From the IMG/VR virus record IMGVR_UViG_3300045971_000149, positions 1-64,000 of that record: a stretch of DNA of 64,000 nucleotides. One strand, 5' to 3'. Below the pieces are notes generated by a model. The model worked only from the letters and a program-made list of their open reading frames with translations. It searched no databases and was not told the DNA's origin. Position 1 is the first letter of the stretch; every line of letters begins with the position of its first letter. The position numbers and the translations under genes were made by a program. This DNA is from a virus. Below, in pieces: positions 58,108-64,000 of this stretch.

Positions 58108-58317
58108 TTATTCCTTCTCTTGCACCCAGAGGCTATCTAGGTCTGCATCTAGGTCTGCCAGCAACCCTGCAATCGCAAAGGCGTACTCATCACCAACATC
58201 TGTACCACCTAACTCTTGGGCAATAATTGCAGCGGCCGACTCCAGGCGCATCTTGGCCTGTGACAGGTTGTAGATTGCCTTACGTTGCTCTGCGGTGAGC
58301 GTTGCGGTGTTAGTCAT
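58108..58317 (-). CDS. Small early protein
   Basis: Second gene of the cassette. Confidence 0.65.
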   Translation of the reverse strand: MTNTATLTAEQRKAIYNLSQAKMRLESAAAIIAQELGGTDVGDEYAFAIAGLLADLDADLDSLWVQEKE

Positions 58318-58320
58318 GCC

Positions 58321-58494
58321 CTATGCGCCTTCAATGCTTTCCAGCTCATGCAGTTGCACCATCAAGTCCAAACGCACGGCGTACAGGGCGTTGATCTCAT
58401 CCTCCATCCCATCCAACAGTTCCAGCAAGTCAATAGATCCTTGCAAGCGCAGGATTGCCATTTCCAAGTGGTGTGTTGCAGTAGTTCCGTCCAT
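58321..58494 (-). CDS. Small early protein (57 aa; not in ORF track)
   Basis: MDGTTATHHLEMAILRL...; AAGGAG RBS. Confidence 0.7.
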   Translation of the reverse strand: MDGTTATHHLEMAILRLQGSIDLLELLDGMEDEINALYAVRLDLMVQLHELESIEGA

Positions 58495-58576
58495 TGTGTA
58501 CTCCTTGTTGCGATGTATGTATTATAACGCTAAAGTGTGCAGCAGTCAACCAAAGACCCTGCACACTATAGGGCTA

Positions 58577-58810
58577 TTAATTTACTGTGTTGCAGCCCAT
58601 CAACTTACCCTTCAAGCTGTACGCACAAGCGTAAATGCGACCGGGCTCCATGCTGTCCTCTGTGCACGTTACAAACGCAAGCACTTCATCCTTGCCCTGA
58701 TACTTTACAACTTTAGCACTTTGTTGCAGGAAGTTGTTGCCGAAGGGCAGTTGCTTTTTAGCAACGGTGAATGCAATGCCGTTTGCGCTAACAGTAATGT
58801 CGTTTTTCAT
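58577..58810 (-). CDS. Small early protein
   Basis: MKNDITVSANG...; own promoter. Confidence 0.7.
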   Translation of the reverse strand: MKNDITVSANGIAFTVAKKQLPFGNNFLQQSAKVVKYQGKDEVLAFVTCTEDSMEPGRIYACAYSLKGKLMGCNTVN

Positions 58811-58889
58811 AAAGCCCTTTGTGTTGTTTAAGTATGTATTATAACGCAAAGAAGGGCTACTGTCAACAATAGCCCTTCACGTTAGTCAA

Positions 58890-59150
58890 CTATGCAAGCA
58901 CACACTTGACAGTAATTCCTGCACCAAAACTACGGTGCCATGCCTCGGGTTCCTGCGTAAGCGTAACATTTTCCGCACCGCAAGCGGCACGCAATGCAGC
59001 AAGTGCCTTGTCGTTTCCGCGGTAATAGCACTTAACGCGGCGTTGGTTGCCCGTGTGTCCTGTTGTTTTGTTTGTGTACATCATATTTCCGTTAACGCCG
59101 TTGGCGCGCATGATGTTACGGACTTGCAGGGTGGTAAGCAGTTTAGCCAT
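58890..59150 (-). CDS. Small early protein
   Basis: Own promoter/RBS. Confidence 0.75.
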   Translation of the reverse strand: MAKLLTTLQVRNIMRANGVNGNMMYTNKTTGHTGNQRRVKCYYRGNDKALAALRAACGAENVTLTQEPEAWHRSFGAGITVKCVLA

Positions 59151-59230
59151 TTCGTTTCCTTTTGCGTTTAAAAATGTATTATAACAGCAAAGCGCAAAGT
59201 TGTCAACAACCCTACGCTTTACTCAACTAC

Positions 59231-59551
59231 TTAAAATTCGTACACGTCGTCCGTTTCCTCAACCCACAGTGTGCCATCCTTGCGTTTGTACACTACAACG
59301 TCCTTGCCGTAAAAGCGTTCGTCTTCGTATGCACTGCCCATAAAGTCGTACACTTCCACACCTTCAACCCGCTTCATGTCGCGCAGTGCAAAGCGTTCCA
59401 CAATCGTGTCGCCGTCATCGCCGTCGCTTGCAAGTGTCCAACCTTCTGTTCCAATGTTGTACTTCACATTGTCTTGCCAACGTGCGTCATCTTGCCACAG
59501 TGTTTGCAACAATTGCAGTTTCACAAACTTCAGCGTTTTAACTTCTTTCAT
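59231..59551 (-). CDS. Small acidic early protein
   Basis: Own promoter/RBS. Confidence 0.75.
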   Translation of the reverse strand: MKEVKTLKFVKLQLLQTLWQDDARWQDNVKYNIGTEGWTLASDGDDGDTIVERFALRDMKRVEGVEVYDFMGSAYEDERFYGKDVVVYKRKDGTLWVEETDDVYEF

Positions 59552-59625
59552 ACAGTTCCTTTGTTGCTATGTGTGTATTATAGCAGCAAAGCGCAAAGCT
59601 GTCAACAACCCTATGCACTGTAGGG

Positions 59626-59904
59626 TTATACCTCTTCCTCTTCTGTCTCCTTGACTTCCCACAACGGCTCAGCGAAGTCGTAGCCTTCTGATATCAGTTC
59701 CTCTGCTGCACGGATGAACTCGGCTTGTAGATCCCATACTGCGGCTGCGATGCGTTCGTCTTTCTTGCGGCGTGCTCGAGCAGTGCCTTCCTGATAGATC
59801 ATTCCGTAGTGTTCTTTGCAGTAGCTCGATTCATTGTGAAGAGCAGTGCAACCACAAGGAACGTTGCCGTTCCCCAGGTATTGGCATTCAGTTACTTTGT
59901 CCAT
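59626..59904 (-). CDS. Small Cys/His zinc-binding protein (GcrA C-terminal-like)
   Basis: CQYLG...CG.....SSYCKEHY..IY. Confidence 0.55.
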   Translation of the reverse strand: MDKVTECQYLGNGNVPCGCTALHNESSYCKEHYGMIYQEGTARARRKKDERIAAAVWDLQAEFIRAAEELISEGYDFAEPLWEVKETEEEEV

Positions 59905-59925
59905 TTTCGTTATCCTTTGTTATTT

Positions 59926-60801
59926 TTAAATTCGACGCATGCAGGTAGTCTTGCACATTGCTTGCCAGCTAGCAGGAAAGCTCTTGCGCAAGTCAGCAAC
60001 CTTCAACACCATACGTAGTGACAGTTCGCGCAGCTTATCCTTGTTGTCATTAATAAACTTAACAACCTCGGCTTCCACTTCGGGCTCGAACTCGTAGTTA
60101 GCAAGCATCTTTGCGCCGGTAACCACTTGGTGTATACGCAGCATCTTTTCACGTTGCGTATCCATTTGCAGATCGATATAGTGACAACGGCTTTCCAATG
60201 CTGCCAAGTGCTCCTTCAAACGTTTAGACTTAACGTGCTCAAACTTAATGTTAGTAATAAAGATCGCAGAACCTTTAAACTCGAAACGATCCGGGATGCC
60301 TTCGCCACGCAGCAAGCGGCTATCAGTGTTCCAGCTAATCCAACGCTTCTCGGAACTGTCCAATGCACCTTTCAAGATGTTCAGGCTAATCTCGTCCAAC
60401 AGCACAGAGTCGCAGTCGTCGAATACAACCACACTACCTTTAGCAGAGTACTCATACAGCTTGCGGTACAGGCCTAGTGCGCTAATAGCACCACCTTTGA
60501 CGATTTCGTACTTTGGCTTCTTATTGGCAAGCTTAGTGAACAGGTCATCCTTTTCCAGGACTTTCTCAATACCAAAGGACTTACCAACACCAGGAGGGCC
60601 ACTAACAATCATTGCACGTACATCGCCGCTCTTCACAGCCTTTGCCATCTCCGTTAGGATCATAAAGCGTTCTTCAAGACGCGCAAGGATCTCTTCGTCG
60701 GTTTCGCGGGCCACCTCTTGCTCACGTGCTTTGATCTTATCGTGATCAAACTCAAGTACTGTTGCGCCTGCGGATGCTTTTTTGGATGCTGCTGTTGCCA
60801 T
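59926..60801 (-). CDS. AAA-type P-loop ATPase (paralogue B)
   Basis: GPPGVGKS, VFDDCD, IFITN, LESRC. Confidence 0.88.
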   Translation of the reverse strand: MATAASKKASAGATVLEFDHDKIKAREQEVARETDEEILARLEERFMILTEMAKAVKSGDVRAMIVSGPPGVGKSFGIEKVLEKDDLFTKLANKKPKYEIVKGGAISALGLYRKLYEYSAKGSVVVFDDCDSVLLDEISLNILKGALDSSEKRWISWNTDSRLLRGEGIPDRFEFKGSAIFITNIKFEHVKSKRLKEHLAALESRCHYIDLQMDTQREKMLRIHQVVTGAKMLANYEFEPEVEAEVVKFINDNKDKLRELSLRMVLKVADLRKSFPASWQAMCKTTCMRRI

Positions 60802-60874
60802 TGTATATTCCTTAGTGTGGTTGTGTATGTGTGTATTATAACAAAGAAACGTTACCTTGTCAACCTCTTTATGC

Positions 60875-61099
60875 TTACAGAGTAAACTGTTTCAGCAATG
60901 TCGTTGCCATCTTGGTATCGTTAACCTTATCCATAAAGGCCAGGATCATCAACTCTACCACAGTCTCGGCGTCCTTGCGATCAGCCTTACCCAGAGTGGC
61001 AATAAAGCGTCGAACCTGATCCTGCCCCTCCATTGCCCATATGATGTCAGCGAATGCCATCTGCTTTGCGGAAAGTCCCGGGATTACAATATCGTTCAT
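60875..61099 (-). CDS. Small early protein
   Basis: AAGGA RBS. Confidence 0.7.
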   Translation of the reverse strand: MNDIVIPGLSAKQMAFADIIWAMEGQDQVRRFIATLGKADRKDAETVVELMILAFMDKVNDTKMATTLLKQFTL

Positions 61100-61108
61100 G
61101 ATAGTTCC

Positions 61109-61243
61109 TTACTTCTTAGGCTTGACTTGCTTTGCTTCTTGTGCAGCGATCTTGCCGCTGTAGGCCTTGCCTGCTTTGTGGATAAGGCCGGTCTTTGTGT
61201 AAACAATTGTACCGCCAGTGGATGATGCTTTGGATGCTTGCAT
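61109..61243 (-). CDS. Small basic peptide (44 aa; not in ORF track)
   Basis: MQASKASSTGGTIVYTKTGLIHKAG...KPKK. Confidence 0.7.
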   Translation of the reverse strand: MQASKASSTGGTIVYTKTGLIHKAGKAYSGKIAAQEAKQVKPKK

Positions 61244-61302
61244 TGTGTATTCCTTTGTTGCTATGTATGTATTATAACGTCTATCTTCTAACCTGTCAAC
61301 CT

Positions 61303-61557
61303 TCAGGGTTCAAACCACTCGGTGCTTTCAACACGAACGAGCTTAGTGCGGGTGAGATGATGGAACTCAGGATCTTCGTCCTGCTCTGCCATCTCCTGGA
61401 AGAAGAAGTGATAATCCTCACCGCTGTCTTCGTCCAATGCACAGAAGGCACCTTCGTCAAAGTCTGTCCATTGCATACGCAGCCACATGCCACCGGGCGT
61501 AACATAGAAGCAAGCACCTTCAGCCGCTTCAAAGATCTGTTTAGCAGTGTATTTCAT
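61303..61557 (-). CDS. Small early protein
   Basis: ATGA-coupled. Confidence 0.7.
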   Translation of the reverse strand: MKYTAKQIFEAAEGACFYVTPGGMWLRMQWTDFDEGAFCALDEDSGEDYHFFFQEMAEQDEDPEFHHLTRTKLVRVESTEWFEP

Positions 61558-61706
61558 TCTGTTTCCTTTTCAACGAATTCGACGTTGTCAATGTCTTCGC
61601 CACGCCCGGGCTCCAAATTAGTCCAGATGGCATCAGCAACCCAATTGCGGGGATGTGATGCTTCATCGTCCAGGATCAAGTCAAAGGATACGCGGTATGT
61701 TTTCAT
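61554..61706 (-). CDS. Small early protein
   Basis: MKTYRVSFDL...HPRNWVAD; GGAG RBS. Confidence 0.7.
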   Translation of the reverse strand: MKTYRVSFDLILDDEASHPRNWVADAIWTNLEPGRGEDIDNVEFVEKETE

Positions 61707-61707
61707 T

Positions 61708-61872
61708 TCAGTAATCTCCGTAGACTGCGTCAAGTTGCTCTTCAAAGTCAGCGATGATCTCTTCCACAATCTCCTGCGGCACAGAAGTAATAGCAGCAAT
61801 CTCGTCAGCAGCAAGACCTTGCTCGTCGTACAGCTCAGTAATCTCGCAGTACAGTTCTTTCATTTTGGACAT
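61708..61872 (-). CDS. Small acidic HTH-like protein
   Basis: GLAADEIAAITSVPQEIVEEII. Confidence 0.65.
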   Translation of the reverse strand: MSKMKELYCEITELYDEQGLAADEIAAITSVPQEIVEEIIADFEEQLDAVYGDY

Positions 61873-61942
61873 TGTGTGTTCCTTTGTTGCTATGTATGTA
61901 TGTATTATAACAGCCTTTTTACGGGCTGTCATCAAAGACCCT

Positions 61943-62191
61943 TTACACTAGTCGGAAATTCTTGCTGAGGAACTTTGACACTTTGCTGTAACCGTGCTCC
62001 TTAATCAGCTCGCTCACCAGTGCGTCTGCTTCGGGCGCATTGCCGCAAGTGGTCATACGATCTGCATCCAGCACCATTTCGATTGCATCCCCATTGGACT
62101 CGCAGAACTCCATAGCATCGGAACCAATGTAGTTCCAAGTTGCGTAAACGGCTTGATTGAGTTGGGAAATAACTGTTGCGTCTAGCTTCAT
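61943..62191 (-). CDS. Small early protein
   Basis: Own promoter/RBS. Confidence 0.75.
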   Translation of the reverse strand: MKLDATVISQLNQAVYATWNYIGSDAMEFCESNGDAIEMVLDADRMTTCGNAPEADALVSELIKEHGYSKVSKFLSKNFRLV

Positions 62192-62246
62192 ACTGTACTC
62201 CTTGTTGCGATGTATGTATTATAGCGCCTATTGAAAAAACAGTCAA

Positions 62247-62273
62247 GAGAAACCCGCCACAAAGGACGGGTTT
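62247..62273 (-). terminator. Intrinsic terminator-like hairpin
   Basis: AAACCCGTC-loop-GGCGGGTTTCTCT on the minus strand. Confidence 0.6.
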
Positions 62274-62290
62274 AAGTGAGCTAGGAAAGC

Positions 62291-62563
62291 TTACAGAGTG
62301 ATGCCAAGTGCACGCGCCTTGAAGCCCAATGCAACGATCTCACGGCTTGGACGTCCGAGTTCGTATTCTGTGACTACAACGCCATTGCCAGCAGTGCGAG
62401 TATTTGCGTAGACTGCGTATCCGAATTGACGGATACGTGATGCTTCTGCGCGTAGATTGCCAACTGAGAAGCGATTACGTGCTTCTGCTTGTGTCAACTT
62501 CTCGCCTGCTGCCAATGCTGCGAATACCTTACCGGTCTTAGTGTCTTGATTAATCTTCTTCAT
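62291..62563 (-). CDS. Winged helix-turn-helix DNA-binding protein
   Basis: AL..GEKLTQAEARNRFSVGNLRAEASRIRQFGYAV...YELG. Confidence 0.75.
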   Translation of the reverse strand: MKKINQDTKTGKVFAALAAGEKLTQAEARNRFSVGNLRAEASRIRQFGYAVYANTRTAGNGVVVTEYELGRPSREIVALGFKARALGITL

Positions 62564-62625
62564 TTGTTATTCCTTGTAATACTGCTTAACAGTTAATACA
62601 AGTATAACAACAACGATTTGGTAAA

Positions 62626-62847
62626 TCAAGCACTTATCTTGCCAAATTCCTTTTTCGTGTGATAGTTAGCCAGCATCTCGTGTACCATACTAACTACATT
62701 GTCGTGATCTTCAGTTAGAAGGAACTGAACAGGGCTTTTACTCCAAGAGCGGTTCTTCAAGAACTCTGAATAGATATCACGATGCTTCTTGTCCGCCGGA
62801 TTGAACATTACAGTCGGACGGCCATAGTTTTGCAAAACGCTTGCCAT
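62626..62847 (-). CDS. Hypothetical protein
   Basis: FNPADKKHR...WSKSPVQF. Confidence 0.7.
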   Translation of the reverse strand: MASVLQNYGRPTVMFNPADKKHRDIYSEFLKNRSWSKSPVQFLLTEDHDNVVSMVHEMLANYHTKKEFGKISA

Positions 62848-62848
62848 A

Positions 62849-63064
62849 TTAGCTAGACTTTATAGAAGATTTAAACAACAAGCCGCACAGGACATTGATT
62901 CCTAATGCAGTCCATACAGAGTTGATTGGATGAATTCCGTCAACAACTCCTACCAAGCAATCATTCCATAGCCACATTGTAGGGTATGCAAACAGCAATG
63001 CCATTACCACAACGATTGCAACAATGCCAACGATTCCGACAATAACAACAAACAACTTATCCAT
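62849..63064 (-). CDS. Small membrane protein
   Basis: Two hydrophobic segments, PTMWLWN. Confidence 0.75.
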   Translation of the reverse strand: MDKLFVVIVGIVGIVAIVVVMALLFAYPTMWLWNDCLVGVVDGIHPINSVWTALGINVLCGLLFKSSIKSS

Positions 63065-63111
63065 ATTCAACTCCAGTTAAAGTACTATACAGCGGGGTCT
63101 TGGGTATTGAA

Positions 63112-63549
63112 TTAAACCAATGCTTCGCCAACGGCCTTAAGTGCTTCGTCGTCGGTAAGCTTCTTCTTAATAACTGCCTTTGCTTCGGCGATAGTCACGA
63201 GCGGGCCAGTAGGGCCTTCAACTGCGGGCAGCTTAGCCTTAACAGCTTTAGTCTTTGCAGGAGCTTCCTTCTTGGGCTTGTCTTTGGATGCAGCTTTAGG
63301 AGCGGGTTCGGAACGCTTGTCAACTTCAGCTTCCAATGCAGCACGGATCTCTGCTTTGCCGTTGTCAAAGTCAATGCCGATCAAATATGCAACTGCATCT
63401 TCCTTGGACATTGGGTGTTTCAATTCCACGATATCAATATCAACGTGGCCGTTCTTTGCAAGCACCTTAACGCGCATTGCGTCATTGGCATAGCGAACTT
63501 TGTATTCGCCGTTCAGTTTAGATACGCCAGCATGTGAAAAAGTAGTCAT
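63112..63549 (-). CDS. Conserved early protein with Lys/Ala-rich tail
   Basis: AGVSKLNGEYKVRYAND; own promoter/RBS. Confidence 0.8.
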   Translation of the reverse strand: MTTFSHAGVSKLNGEYKVRYANDAMRVKVLAKNGHVDIDIVELKHPMSKEDAVAYLIGIDFDNGKAEIRAALEAEVDKRSEPAPKAASKDKPKKEAPAKTKAVKAKLPAVEGPTGPLVTIAEAKAVIKKKLTDDEALKAVGEALV

Positions 63550-63635
63550 TTGTAGTTCCTTCTGTGTGTGTTTTAAACAGCACCTTGCTGTCTATGTGTT
63601 AATTATAACGCCTAATGGAAAATTCGTCAACCAAT

Positions 63636-63749
63636 TTATTGTTGTTTTTCTGCAACAATATTGAAGCCTGCTTCGGCTTGCTCATCTGCTTCGTATTGTG
63701 TATACACTGTGAACAGGTACAGTTCACCGTCCCAAATTTGATAGCTCAT
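63636..63749 (-). CDS. Small peptide (37 aa; not in ORF track)
   Basis: MSYQIWDGELYLFSV...; ATGA-coupled. Confidence 0.6.
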   Translation of the reverse strand: MSYQIWDGELYLFTVYTQYEADEQAEAGFNIVAEKQQ

Positions 63750-64000
63750 TCCGCATCCTTTGCCATAGCTGTAGTCAGGTCTTCAAAACCGTTGTCGTCA
63801 ATGTTCACATACCACTTGCCGTCAGTACGCAGGATGTAGTCAAATCCTTGCATGTCTCCGCTGTTTTGGTAGTGCAGGAAGTCAGTAAAGCGTTCCTTGC
63901 CTTGCTCAGTATCACCGCGATCGCGTCCGTAGAACACGCATACGCCCTTCTGTGCGTTTTCGAACCAATGTGCCCCGGTTGGCTCAACAGCCGCAGCAAG
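63746..64000 (-). CDS. Phage hypothetical protein (YGRDRG motif), 5'-truncated
   Basis: Frame is open to the window end. Confidence 0.7.
   Translation of the reverse strand, partial: LAAAVEPTGAHWFENAQKGVCVFYGRDRGDTEQGKERFTDFLHYQNSGDMQGFDYILRTDGKWYVNIDDNGFEDLTTAMAKDAE

Larger units (their letters stand above)
50466..61955. promoter_or_regulatory. Repeated CCC-N11-GGG dyad (putative operator) at early promoters
   Basis: Exact spacing at 50466, 51441, 51723, 52424, 52710, 55289, 56409, 58091, 58557, 59609; CCC-N11-CGG at 61939. Confidence 0.75.
50421..63630 (-). repeat. Array of 29 minus-strand sigma70 early promoters with shared leader/RBS
   Basis: -10 boxes (first + strand base) at 50435, 51410, 51691, 52392, 52678, 52781, 53236, 53685, 54279, 54493, 54834, 55245, 55754, 56146, 56389, 57238, 57415, 57784, 58071, 58521, 58838, 59178, 59577, 60835, 61271, 61904, 62218, 62601, 63602. 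Each has a TTGACA-like -35 exactly 17 bp away. Most are followed by ACATACAT(C/A)GCAACAA(A)GGA. Confidence 0.95.

Noticed and set aside
50421-63630. CRISPR array interpretation of the recurring ~25-50-nt repeat
   Set aside because: The intervening segments are about 100-1250 nt and protein-coding, the repeats are degenerate sigma70 promoter/RBS units, and there are no cas genes.
50421-63630. Classical integron with attC sites
   Set aside because: No tyrosine integrase in the window, no attC R/L-box architecture, and the cassettes carry their own promoters.
49621-63839. Many plus-strand ORFs in the track (e.g. 50393-50938, 53524-54084, 58295-58831, 61195-61968) with recurring CCYVCII / LLCMYY peptides
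   Set aside because: They are antisense shadows; the recurring peptides are translations of the promoter repeat.
1-64000. Prophage or bacterial chromosome context; alternative genetic code
   Set aside because: No integrase or host housekeeping synteny; core genes are intact in the standard code, with all three stop codons used.

Overview
This is a 64-kb segment of a large lytic myovirus genome. It is T4-superfamily-related, and its gene order resembles uncultured freshwater jumbo phages. No rRNA, tRNA, CRISPR array or integrase was found. (1) 1-14.8 kb: a 5'-truncated, Thr/Ser/Ala-rich repeat tail fibre with a peptidase-S74 chaperone, three RCC1-repeat paralogues and a fibre-assembly-like protein. 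These are followed by a separately promoted sulfotransferase/glycosyltransferase/methyltransferase operon. (2) 15-49 kb: the AT-rich core. It encodes helicase, primase, a 197-aa mini-DnaE, UvsW/UvsY/UvsX, SSB, terminase, head completion, tail tube/sheath, dNMP kinase, neck proteins, NUDIX, a second repeat fibre and a GT34. Many of these genes are preceded by TAAATA late-promoter motifs. (3) After an abrupt compositional break at about 49.5 kb comes a more GC-rich early region built as a cassette array. It has 29 minus-strand sigma70 promoters (-35/17 bp/-10), most with a shared ACATACAT(C/A)GCAACAA(A)GGA leader/RBS, each driving 1-3 small genes. Ten of them carry a fixed-spacing CCC-N11-GGG dyad at or just upstream of the -35. 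The array also holds a ~340-nt highly structured non-coding segment, a near-empty cassette and an inverted, probably crippled GIY-YIG endonuclease that faces an antisense promoter. Product calls come from motif recognition only; no searches were run.
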